Shown: positions 55,801 through 64,000 of the stretch, piece after piece
Layout: each line of letters opens with the position of its first letter
Position numbering within the stretch: position 1 is the first letter of the stretch
NCBI RefSeq assembly: GCF_900114615.1
Contig: NZ_FOTS01000012.1
Coordinates: 1 to 64,000, forward strand
Origin: Pelosinus propionicus DSM 13327
GTDB lineage: Bacteria > Bacillota > Negativicutes > DSM-13327
Direction of reading: 5' to 3'
Length of the DNA stretch: 64,000 nt
Translations under genes and position numbers: made by a program
Notes under the pieces: generated by a model
Database searches by the model: none
What the model was told of the DNA's origin: nothing
Seen by the model: the letters and a program-made list of their open reading frames with translations, nothing else

Positions 55801-57183
55801 ATGAATCATATTTTACTGATTGATTTTGGGAGTACTTATACCAAAATTACTGCAGTGGATATTGAAAAAGAAATAGTATTAGGCACTGCTCGTGGTATAA
55901 CTACTGTAGAAACTGATATTATGAATGGATTGAATCAGGCGATCGAAGCCTTGTTTCTTAAAACGGGTAAATTAAAATTTTCAAAAGTATTAGGCTGCTC
56001 TAGTGCGGCCGGTGGATTGAAAATGGTAGCCGTTGGATTGGTGCCTGAACTTACAGCAGAAGCTGCCAAACGTGCGGCTCTAGGGGCCGGTGCCAAGATT
56101 ATGGGTGTATATGGTAACGAATTAAATGAATATGAAATAGAAGAAATAGCTCAGTTGCAACCGGAAATTATTCTGTTAGCTGGTGGTACCAATGGCGGTA
56201 ATAAAGAAGTAATTTTGCATAACGCTAGAATGCTTACCACTCTTGGTAAAGATATACCTGTTATTGTGGCAGGTAATAAATCGGTAGCACCTCAAGCAGT
56301 AAAGATCTTATTGGAAGCAATGACGGAGGTAGTACATACTGAAAATGTAATGCCGAAGTTAAACGAACTGAATATTGAGCCTGCACGTGAAACCATTCGT
56401 AGTGTATTCTTAAGGCGGATTGTTGAAGCGAAAGGTCTCAATAAAGCCAATCAATTTGTCGATGATGTTGTTATGCCTACGCCGGCGGCAGTATTAAAGG
56501 CTGCAGAACTTTTAAGCAAAGGTACCGAATATGAGTCTGGTTTAGGCGACTTAATGGTAGTGGATATTGGTGGTGCAACCACAGATGTATATTCCATTGC
56601 CAAAGGTGATCCTACTAAAACCAATGTTGCCTTGCGAGGACTCCCAGAGCCCTTTGCGAAACGTACAGTAGAAGGCGATTTGGGAATGAGGTATAGTGCG
56701 ACAGCTCTATTTAAAGCAGCTGGTGCTAAGAGGATTGCAGATTATGCCAATCTTTCTGCAGAAGATGTGGAGGCATATGTGGAAAAGGTTGAAGCAAATA
56801 TTGAATACCTGCCACAAAATGAGGTTGAGGAAAAAGTAGAAATCGCCATGGGGAAAGCTTGCACTTCCTTAGCGGTGGAACGGCATGTCGGACAACTTGA
56901 AACGATATTCACATGTTTTGGTTCTGCTTTTGTACAAAAAGGTAAGGATCTGAGTGATGTCAAGACAGTAGTAGGTACTGGTGGCGTAATTATCCATCAT
57001 GAACAGCCGAAAGAAATCTTAAAGGGTGCAGCATACAGTGAAAGCACGCCTGAGATGTTAAAACCAGAGTGTCCGAAGTACTTGATCGATGAAGAATATA
57101 TTATGGCATCCATGGGTCTTTTGGGCGAAGTATATCCTGATGTAGCAGTAAGAATGATGAAAAAATATATTGTGCGGGGGTAG
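55801..57183 (+). CDS. glmL: Glutamate mutase subunit L (MutL/GlmL, reactivase/chaperone-like)
   Basis: About 460 aa between glmS and glmE. ATG at 55801 after an AAGGGAG RBS. Confidence 0.7.
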   Translation: MNHILLIDFGSTYTKITAVDIEKEIVLGTARGITTVETDIMNGLNQAIEALFLKTGKLKFSKVLGCSSAAGGLKMVAVGLVPELTAEAAKRAALGAGAKIMGVYGNELNEYEIEEIAQLQPEIILLAGGTNGGNKEVILHNARMLTTLGKDIPVIVAGNKSVAPQAVKILLEAMTEVVHTENVMPKLNELNIEPARETIRSVFLRRIVEAKGLNKANQFVDDVVMPTPAAVLKAAELLSKGTEYESGLGDLMVVDIGGATTDVYSIAKGDPTKTNVALRGLPEPFAKRTVEGDLGMRYSATALFKAAGAKRIADYANLSAEDVEAYVEKVEANIEYLPQNEVEEKVEIAMGKACTSLAVERHVGQLETIFTCFGSAFVQKGKDLSDVKTVVGTGGVIIHHEQPKEILKGAAYSESTPEMLKPECPKYLIDEEYIMASMGLLGEVYPDVAVRMMKKYIVRG

Positions 57184-57188
57184 CAGTA

Positions 57189-58643
57189 ATGGAATTGAAA
57201 AATAAAAAGTGGACACACGATCACTTCTATGGTGTACGCGAAGAAATAATAAAACATTGGCCAACGGGTGCAGATGTAAATTTTGAGGAAGCTGTTAAGT
57301 ATCATGAGACAATCCCAGCTAGAAAACACTTTGCAAAACGCTTGGTAAAGGCGAAGAAAAATGGTGAAACATTAACTCAACCTAGAGCTGGGGTTGCATT
57401 ATTGGATGAACACATTAATCTTTTGAACTTTTTACGTACGGAGGGGGAAGCGGATCTTCTGCCAACTACGATTGATAGTTATACGCGTCAAAATCAATAT
57501 GAAAATTGTGCAAATGCAATTGAAGAAAGTATGAAAGCCGGTCGGTCATTGTTAAATGGTTTTCCAGCAGTAAATCATGGAGTTCATGGTGTACGTAAGC
57601 TGGTTGAAAGTGTAGATGGTCCATTGCAAGTACGACATGGTACGCCAGATGCTCGTTTATTAACAGAAATTACACTAGCAGGTGGCTTCACATCCTATGA
57701 GGGTGGCGGTATCTCCTACAATATTCCTTATGCTAAAAGTGTTTCTTTGGAAAAAACAATTTACGATTGGCAGTATAATGACCGCTTGGTAGGTATTTAT
57801 GCTGAACATGGCATTGAAATTAACAGAGAACCTTTTGGACCCTTAACAGGTACGCTAGTACCACCTTGTATTTCTCATGCAGTAGCCATCATTGAAGGTA
57901 TCTTGGCAGCAGAGCAGGGGGTTAAAAATATTACATTAGGTTATGGCCAATGTGGCAATCTATTCCAAGACGTTGCAGCAATTAAAGCCTTGGAACAGTT
58001 GGCAGAAGAGTATTTGGTAAAACATGGATATAATGATTGTGTGTTAACTACTGTATTCCATCAATGGATGGGTGGATTCCCGCAAGATGAAGCAAAGGCA
58101 TTTGCGGTAATTTCTTGGGGTGCAGCAGCTGCTGCCTTGGCAAAGGCTACAAAAGTTATTGTTAAAACTCCTCATGAAGCATTGGGGATTCCTACCAAAG
58201 AAGCCAATGCGATGGGACTTCGTGCAACCAAGCAATTAATCAATATGCTGGCAGACCAGCCATTCCCGATCACTGCGGAAGTAGATATCGAAGTGGAAAT
58301 GATAAAAGCAGAAACCCGTTGTATTTTGGACAAAGTTTTTGAACTTGGCAATGGAGACTTTGCATCTGGTAGTGTTCGTGCTTTTGAAGCAGGTGTTCTA
58401 GACGTACCTTTTGCTCCTAGCCAATATTCTTTGAATAAAATTTTGCCAGCCCGTGATAATAATGGTGCTGTACGCTTATTTGATGTAGGAAATCTACCAT
58501 TCACACAAGATATTATTGATTTCCATAAAGCTAAAATTGATGCGCGTGCTAAAGAAGAAGGACGTAAAGCAAGTTTCCAAATGGTTATTGATGATATTTA
58601 TGCGATTTCCAAGGGACGCTTAGTAGGCAGACCTAGTAAATAA
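57189..58643 (+). CDS. glmE: Glutamate mutase epsilon (catalytic) subunit
   Basis: 484 aa TIM-barrel subunit in conserved operon position. Confidence 0.8.
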   Translation: MELKNKKWTHDHFYGVREEIIKHWPTGADVNFEEAVKYHETIPARKHFAKRLVKAKKNGETLTQPRAGVALLDEHINLLNFLRTEGEADLLPTTIDSYTRQNQYENCANAIEESMKAGRSLLNGFPAVNHGVHGVRKLVESVDGPLQVRHGTPDARLLTEITLAGGFTSYEGGGISYNIPYAKSVSLEKTIYDWQYNDRLVGIYAEHGIEINREPFGPLTGTLVPPCISHAVAIIEGILAAEQGVKNITLGYGQCGNLFQDVAAIKALEQLAEEYLVKHGYNDCVLTTVFHQWMGGFPQDEAKAFAVISWGAAAAALAKATKVIVKTPHEALGIPTKEANAMGLRATKQLINMLADQPFPITAEVDIEVEMIKAETRCILDKVFELGNGDFASGSVRAFEAGVLDVPFAPSQYSLNKILPARDNNGAVRLFDVGNLPFTQDIIDFHKAKIDARAKEEGRKASFQMVIDDIYAISKGRLVGRPSK

Positions 58644-58657
58644 ATTATAAAATCAGC

Positions 58658-58692
58658 AGGGCGGCAAAAGGTATTCTGCCTTTTGCCGCCCT
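58658..58692 (+). terminator. Intra-operon hairpin (attenuator or RNA processing/stability element) between glmE and mal
   Basis: AGGGCGGCAAAAGG-N7-CCTTTTGCCGCCCT (14-bp stem). No strong T-run. Confidence 0.45.
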
Positions 58693-58721
58693 ACATAAAA
58701 AAGGAATGGAGAGTGTAACTC

Positions 58722-59972
58722 ATGAAAATTGCTAATGTTGTATGTTCAAAAGGTCGTACTGGTTTTTATTTTGATGATCAACGGGCTATTAAAGCAGGAG
58801 CTCAGCATGATGGTTTTAGCTATGTAGGAGAAACGGTTACTCCTGGATTTCATTCCATTCGTCAAACTGGGGAAGCTGTATCCGTAATGATCGTATTAGA
58901 AGATGGACAAGTGGCTTACGGCGATTGTGCTGCTGTACAATACAGCGGAGCAGGTGGTCGTGACCCTTTATTTTTAGCCGAAGATTTTATTCCTGTGATT
59001 GAAAAAGAAATTAAACCACGTCTCGTGGGTCGTGAATTAACTTCCTTTAGACAATTGGCAGGAGAAATTGACAGTATGGTTGATGCCAAAACAGGTAAAC
59101 TGATCCATACTGCATTGCGTTATGGTGTAACCCAAGCAATATTAGATGCTGTATCCAAAGCAAAACATAAATTAATGTGCGAAGTAGTTGCAGAAGAATA
59201 TAACACGACTGTTAGTGAAACGGCTATTGATATCTTTACCCAGTCTGGTGACAATCGTTATGAAAATGCTGATAAAATGATCATCAAAGGCGCTCAAGTA
59301 TTACCCCATGCCTTGATTAATAATGTAGAAGAAAAATTAGGCAAGAATGGTGAATTGCTGATTGAATATATTATTTGGTTAAAGAATCGTGTATTAAGCC
59401 TACGTACCAGCGATTCTTATAATCCTGTACTGCACATTGATGTGTATGGCACAATTGGTGCTGCGTTTGACTTGGATACAGAAAGAATGGTGTCTTACTT
59501 CCGCGAACTAGAAAAAGCAGCTGCTCCTTTAAAACTTCGCATTGAAGGCCCGATGGACGTAGAAGATCGCGAAAAACAAATGCTAGCGTTAAAAGAGATT
59601 ACGGCTCGTTTGCACGAAGAAAAAATCAATGTAGAAGTGGTTGCTGATGAATGGTGCAATACACTGGAAGATATTAAATATTTCGCTGATAATAATGCGG
59701 GTGATATGCTGCAAATCAAAACACCGGATTTAGGCGGAATTAACAATACTATCGAAGCTGTTTTATATTGTAAAGAAAAAGGCGTAGGTGCATACCAAGG
59801 CGGTACTTGCAACGAAACAGATCGTTCCGCACAGGTTTGTGTACACCTTGCAATGGCAACTAAACCAGTGCAGATGTTAGCAAAACCAGGCATGGGTGTG
59901 GATGAGGGCATTATGATTGTATATAATGAAATGCAACGTATCTTAGCTGTTCGCCAGGCTCGTAAGGCGTAA
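58722..59972 (+). CDS. mal: 3-Methylaspartate ammonia-lyase
   Basis: MKIANVVCSKGRTGFYFDDQRAIKAG is the classic MAL N-terminus; enolase-superfamily C-terminus. Confidence 0.85.
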   Translation: MKIANVVCSKGRTGFYFDDQRAIKAGAQHDGFSYVGETVTPGFHSIRQTGEAVSVMIVLEDGQVAYGDCAAVQYSGAGGRDPLFLAEDFIPVIEKEIKPRLVGRELTSFRQLAGEIDSMVDAKTGKLIHTALRYGVTQAILDAVSKAKHKLMCEVVAEEYNTTVSETAIDIFTQSGDNRYENADKMIIKGAQVLPHALINNVEEKLGKNGELLIEYIIWLKNRVLSLRTSDSYNPVLHIDVYGTIGAAFDLDTERMVSYFRELEKAAAPLKLRIEGPMDVEDREKQMLALKEITARLHEEKINVEVVADEWCNTLEDIKYFADNNAGDMLQIKTPDLGGINNTIEAVLYCKEKGVGAYQGGTCNETDRSAQVCVHLAMATKPVQMLAKPGMGVDEGIMIVYNEMQRILAVRQARKA

Positions 59973-59974
59973 TT

Positions 59975-60907
59975 ATGAGAATGTTAATGCATGAGCAATT
60001 AATGTATGCTAGTTACTTTGCACCAAGAGGACGTAACCGGATGTTTGTCTTGGGGCAGCAGATTAGTGAGCGTTATTTGTCACCGCTGGATAGGCTGATT
60101 GGCATCGTTGGTGGTCCTGGTGCAGGTAAATCTTCCTTAATTAAGGGCATGTTTCCTGGATTAGAATTAACAAATGATGATGATGGTGTAAATGTACGCC
60201 CCTTGCCTTTGCTCAAAAATATTGAAAAAGATTTCTTTTCTAGTCATACGTATCATATTGATATTCGTTTTGAGTTAGCATTTACTCAACTTCATGTATT
60301 AGCAGATGCTATTAAGAAAGCATTATCTCATGATAAACGGGTCATTGTAGAACATTTTGATCTGTTATATCCTGCTCTGGGGGCAAATGCTGACGTGCTC
60401 TTAGGAGTAGGTGGCGAGGTTATCGCTGTTCGTCCTAATGTCTTTGGTCCTTTTCCCCAGGAAATTGCTGACGTGGTTGTAAAGACTTTAAAGTATCGTA
60501 AAATGGCGCATACTGCTGAAGATCTGACAGAAAGTATTTTATTAAAAGATTATGGTGCGATCTTGCCTTTTGCTCACAGAGATGTACATCATGGTTTTGT
60601 TCTTGAATATCCAGTAGAACTTGATGCCGATCTAAAGGAAGTTGAAAAAAAGGTTAAGGGAATCATTGATGAGGGGCTGAAGGTTTGTTACTCAGATGAA
60701 GGACATATTGAAATTGGCGAAGTTTCATGGGCGTGTACGGGACCCCGGACCCATGTACATAATACAGAAGATATTGAAGGTTTTCGTCTGCTCCATGAAT
60801 ATAAATATGACCCAAAAACGAAAACCTACCTTATTATTGGCTTGGTAGGGCCATTAGAAGAAAATCTTGATGGTTTTTCCAGCATGATCTTTCATGCGTC
60901 ATTGTAA
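59975..60907 (+). CDS. P-loop (Walker A GGPGAGKSS) protein of unknown function co-transcribed with the glutamate mutase/MAL operon
   Basis: Walker A only; no other recognisable family motif. Confidence 0.4.
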   Translation: MRMLMHEQLMYASYFAPRGRNRMFVLGQQISERYLSPLDRLIGIVGGPGAGKSSLIKGMFPGLELTNDDDGVNVRPLPLLKNIEKDFFSSHTYHIDIRFELAFTQLHVLADAIKKALSHDKRVIVEHFDLLYPALGANADVLLGVGGEVIAVRPNVFGPFPQEIADVVVKTLKYRKMAHTAEDLTESILLKDYGAILPFAHRDVHHGFVLEYPVELDADLKEVEKKVKGIIDEGLKVCYSDEGHIEIGEVSWACTGPRTHVHNTEDIEGFRLLHEYKYDPKTKTYLIIGLVGPLEENLDGFSSMIFHASL

Positions 60908-61033
60908 AAGTGTATAATTAGCTGTAAATGGGTACTGTTTTCTTAATGAGAAGGCAGTACCCATAAGAGCATCAAAATCCTGATTGCACAAAAAGATTAC
61001 ATATAAAAGAAATTTCACTAGGAGGTTAGAAAA

Positions 61034-61327
61034 ATGGCAAGTATTGCAAAAACTGCTCAAGCAGGAACCTTAGAATCGAGCGATGTTATGATTACTGTAG
61101 CTCCTGGTACCCAAGGAAGCGGTATTATTATTGAATTAGAAAGTATTGTTTTGGCTCAGTACGGTGAAGATATTAAGATCATATTGGAGAAAACTGTGAA
61201 GGATCAGGGGATTACGGATATTTATATTAAGGCGGTAGACCGGGGGGCGCTGGATTGTACCATTTGTGCCCGGACTCTGGCTGCATTGAGTCGTGCAGGT
61301 GCTGTGCTAAAGGAGGAAATCATATAA
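61034..61327 (+). CDS. citD: Citrate/citramalate lyase acyl-carrier (gamma) subunit
   Basis: AGTLESSDVMITVAPG carries the prosthetic-group Ser. Confidence 0.8.
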   Translation: MASIAKTAQAGTLESSDVMITVAPGTQGSGIIIELESIVLAQYGEDIKIILEKTVKDQGITDIYIKAVDRGALDCTICARTLAALSRAGAVLKEEII

Positions 61328-62199
61328 TGGATTTAAGAAGAAGTATGTTATTTATTCCTGGTAATAACCCGGGAATGCTGCAAAATGGCGGTGTATTTGG
61401 CGCAGATTCAGTTATTTTGGATTTAGAAGATGCTGTGGCACCTATGGAAAAAGATGCAGCCCGTTTTTTGGTTGCCCAGGCCCTGCGTACTGTGGATTAT
61501 GGAGCTAGTGAAACGGTGGTTCGGATTAATCCTTTAGATACCTTTGCTGCTGTGGATATTAAAGCGATTGTTCCATGTTGTCCTGATGCAATTTTGGTGC
61601 CAAAAGTAGAAAGTGCAGCTGATATTCATCAAGTAGTTGCTATGATTGCCGCGGCGGAAAAACCAGATCAAACACCTGTGAAGATTATTGCTCTCTTAGA
61701 AACACCTTGCGGAATTGTTGAGGCGTATCATATTGCGAAAGCGGACCCTAGGGTAGTTGCTCTTGCTTTAGGTGCGGAAGATTATACAGCAGGTCTGGGG
61801 GCAATGCGTACTAAAGAGGGTACTGAGATTTTTACTGCACGTACCATTGTTATCAATGCAGCTGCAGCGGCGAATGTTCAATCCATTGACACTCCTTATA
61901 CCGATGCTAATGACGAAGAAGGTTTGCTTGCTGATACACAGCTGGCTAAGAGATTGGGCTTCAAGGGAAAATTGTCTATCAATCCAAGGCAGATTGATGT
62001 AATTCATTCTGTATTTAATCCTAGTTTAAATGATATTGATTGGGCCCAGCAAGTCATTCATGCTATTCGTAAGGCAGAGGCGGAAGGCTCAGGTGTTGCG
62101 TCGTTGAATGGTAAGATGGTAGATTTACCAATTGTAAATCGTGCAGAACGCATCTTACATTTAGCGGAATTGTTAGGTTTGATGGGGGGAGAAAAATAA
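61327..62199 (+). CDS. citE: Citrate/citramalate lyase beta subunit (citryl/citramalyl-CoA lyase)
   Basis: The ATG overlaps the citD stop. HpcH/CitE fold motifs. The ORF-track start at 61255 is an upstream extension. Confidence 0.8.
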   Translation: MDLRRSMLFIPGNNPGMLQNGGVFGADSVILDLEDAVAPMEKDAARFLVAQALRTVDYGASETVVRINPLDTFAAVDIKAIVPCCPDAILVPKVESAADIHQVVAMIAAAEKPDQTPVKIIALLETPCGIVEAYHIAKADPRVVALALGAEDYTAGLGAMRTKEGTEIFTARTIVINAAAAANVQSIDTPYTDANDEEGLLADTQLAKRLGFKGKLSINPRQIDVIHSVFNPSLNDIDWAQQVIHAIRKAEAEGSGVASLNGKMVDLPIVNRAERILHLAELLGLMGGEK

Positions 62200-63740
62200 T
62201 GAAAAATGCAATTGGACGTGAAATACCTGAAACTATTTCCGGCATAGCAGCAATAAAGCCTTTTGCTGGTGCTTTTACTGCCGTACCAGAAATGGCACGT
62301 CAGGCACCTAAAGTTAAAATCATAAAACCTACCGACCGTAAATTGGTCGATAGTTTAGTTGAAGTATTTAAAAAAATACCCGTAACCGATGGAATGACCT
62401 TATCTTTTCATCATCACTTCCGAAATGGTGATGGTGTTGTAAATATGGTTCTGGCAACTGCGGCGCAATTAGGATTAAAAAATCTAACCGTTGCGTTAAG
62501 TTCTGTCTTTCCTGTACATGCACCGATTATTGACCATGTAAAAAATGGTGTGGTAACGGGTCTTGATACAAATTATATGTCCGGTCCAGTTGCTCAGGCT
62601 GTATCGAAAGGATTATTTGATAAACCTGTCATCCTGCGTACTCATGGCGGACGAGGACGGGCGATCGAATGTGGTCAGCTTAAAATTGATGTTGCGTTTA
62701 TTGCAGCGCCGGCAGCTGATGAATATGGTAATCTGAATGGTGTAGAAGGTCCGGCAGCATGCGGCTCACTCGGTTATGCTTTTCCGGATGCTCAGTATGC
62801 AGATTATGTAGTGGCTGTAACTGATTATCTAGGTGAATATCCTCTATCACCAATTTCCATACCTCAGACGAGGGTCGATTATGTAGTAAAAGTAGAGTGC
62901 GTTGGAGACCCTAAAGGCATTGTATCTGGTACAACTCGTATTACTAAAGATCCGGTAGGACTTAAAATTGCTGAAACAGCAGCAAAAGTAATTCAAGCTA
63001 CTGGACTTATAAAAAATGGTTTTGCATTTCAAACAGGAGCAGGTGGCGCTTCATTAGCAACAGCTGCTTTTGTCAGGAAAATGATGGAGAAAGATAGTGT
63101 CGTGGGCAGTTTTGCTCTTGGTGGTATTACAGGCTATATGGTAGACATGTTGGAGAGTGGTCTATTTAAGAAACTTATGGATGTGCAGGGATTTGATTTA
63201 GAAGCGATTCGTTCTTTATCTACGAATCCGAATCACTTGGAAATTGGTGCTGATTTTTATGCAAGTCCATTTAATGCCGGATGTGCCGTTAATCAGCTAG
63301 ATGTGGTCATTTTAGGGGCTACAGAAATGGACACTGACTTTAACGTGAACGTAGTTACAGGCTCCGATGGTGTTATTATGGGCGGTTCAGGTGGCCATGC
63401 AGATGCAGCGGCAGGTGCAAAAGTTACAATCATCGTAGCTAATTTATTGCGTGGACGTTTGCCTATTATTGTGAATAAAGTGCTGACGGCAACGACTCCA
63501 GGTGAAACGATTGATGTTCTTGTCACAGAAAGAGGGGTAGCCGTAAATCCTCTCAGAGGCGATTTAAAAGAAAAATTCTTGGCAGCAGGATTGCCGGTTA
63601 AAGATATACAAGAATTAAAGCAATTAGCTGAGAAAATTGCTGGTGCTCCTAAGGCGATAAAGACAGGAGAAAATATTGTTGCGGTGGTAGAATATCGTGA
63701 TGGCACAATTATTGATGTTGTGCGCCAAGTGGAGGGCTAG
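62199..63740 (+). CDS. citF: Citrate/citramalate lyase alpha subunit (CoA-transferase)
   Basis: 513 aa in conserved citDEF order. Confidence 0.8.
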   Translation: MKNAIGREIPETISGIAAIKPFAGAFTAVPEMARQAPKVKIIKPTDRKLVDSLVEVFKKIPVTDGMTLSFHHHFRNGDGVVNMVLATAAQLGLKNLTVALSSVFPVHAPIIDHVKNGVVTGLDTNYMSGPVAQAVSKGLFDKPVILRTHGGRGRAIECGQLKIDVAFIAAPAADEYGNLNGVEGPAACGSLGYAFPDAQYADYVVAVTDYLGEYPLSPISIPQTRVDYVVKVECVGDPKGIVSGTTRITKDPVGLKIAETAAKVIQATGLIKNGFAFQTGAGGASLATAAFVRKMMEKDSVVGSFALGGITGYMVDMLESGLFKKLMDVQGFDLEAIRSLSTNPNHLEIGADFYASPFNAGCAVNQLDVVILGATEMDTDFNVNVVTGSDGVIMGGSGGHADAAAGAKVTIIVANLLRGRLPIIVNKVLTATTPGETIDVLVTERGVAVNPLRGDLKEKFLAAGLPVKDIQELKQLAEKIAGAPKAIKTGENIVAVVEYRDGTIIDVVRQVEG

Positions 63741-63742
63741 AG

Positions 63743-64000
63743 ATGTTGTGGGGCACTATGGAAGAGCGGGTAATCAATCTGAATAATGTTAGACAGGTTA
63801 GTGCCGTGAGAGAGTTTCTCTCCAGATTTTCCTTAACCTTTACTGAACAAGTAGACTATACCATTGCCTTATATAAAGATGATTCTATTGTAGCAACAGG
63901 CTCGTTTGCTGGAGAAGTATTGCGTAACATTGCTATTGATGAGTCTCTGCAGGGGGAAGGTCTGACGTCAGCAGTCGTCAGCAATTTAATGCAGGAAGCA
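63743..64000 (+). CDS. citC: CitC-like [citrate (pro-3S)-lyase] ligase, N-terminal part; runs off window end
   Basis: Starts 3 nt after citF. The N-terminal acetyltransferase-like region is typical of CitC. Confidence 0.45.
   Translation, partial: MLWGTMEERVINLNNVRQVSAVREFLSRFSLTFTEQVDYTIALYKDDSIVATGSFAGEVLRNIAIDESLQGEGLTSAVVSNLMQEA

Overview
This 64 kb window reads as chromosome from a spore-forming, diderm (Negativicutes-like) Firmicute. The organism call is an inference from three observations: a TonB-dependent receptor and a beta-barrel protein both end in a C-terminal Phe; a TonB homologue is present; and BclA-like collagen genes carry sigma-K-type promoters next to a YjcZ-like small ORF. 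I saw no rRNA, canonical tRNA or CRISPR.

The window's contents, from start to end:
1. 1-2.5 kb: the tail of an IS3-family transposase orfA runs off the window start. It is followed by two abutting gene remnants, a LysR substrate-binding fragment and an arginase-family fragment.
2. 2.7-9.7 kb: an iron/heme locus. It holds a TonB-dependent receptor, a TonB-like protein, a cytoplasmic Zn-ribbon plus PBP-fold protein, a flavodoxin and a ChuW/HutW-type radical SAM enzyme. Two leaders here share a promoter element with a Fur half-site and a conserved 18-nt motif fused to an intrinsic terminator.
3. 10-18.5 kb: an RtcB-centred RNA-repair island, which I rate the most interesting system in the window. 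It comprises two tandem RlaP-like (PF10127-type) nucleotidyltransferases, an SPFH/band-7 protein, a roughly 180-nt structured RNA with two textbook T-arm motifs (a Y-RNA/YrlA-like tRNA mimic) immediately downstream of rtcB, rtcB itself, two divergent tandem HTH-WYL regulators (PafBC-like pair) and a CCA-adding enzyme. There is no rsr, rtcA or RtcR.
4. 19.3-29.7 kb: an outer-membrane beta-barrel with 4 x 22-aa N-terminal repeats, followed by an exopolysaccharide operon. The operon encodes a UDP-sugar 6-dehydrogenase, a triple-NodB deacetylase, a processive GT2 synthase with an N-terminal PilZ domain (c-di-GMP), a second deacetylase and a GH18-like lipoprotein.
5. 29.8-39.2 kb: a small YjcZ-like sporulation ORF that the ORF track missed, a GT2-TPR glycosyltransferase, and four tandem BclA-like collagen (GPT-repeat) genes on the minus strand. 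Three of the four share an exact promoter architecture, ATTAACATAATCAC-N17-CATANNNTA (sigma-K type). The long PV-rich plus-strand ORFs in this region are shadows of the repeats.
6. 39.5-48.9 kb: a thioesterase, murI, an uncharacterised translationally coupled operon (CofE-like ligase, HgdB-like dehydratase, HgdC-type activase, hydantoinase-like, HDAC-like), then rph-rdgB-phosphoesterase.
7. 49-64 kb: a DAACS symporter, a GlnK/GlnL-type two-component system, a periplasmic asparaginase and a GntR regulator. These are followed by the glutamate mutase/methylaspartase operon (glmS-glmL-glmE-mal) and adjacent citDEF(C)-like genes that most plausibly encode citramalate lyase, i.e. the methylaspartate glutamate-fermentation pathway.

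All calls rest on motif-level reading of the supplied translations and the DNA. No database search was run.
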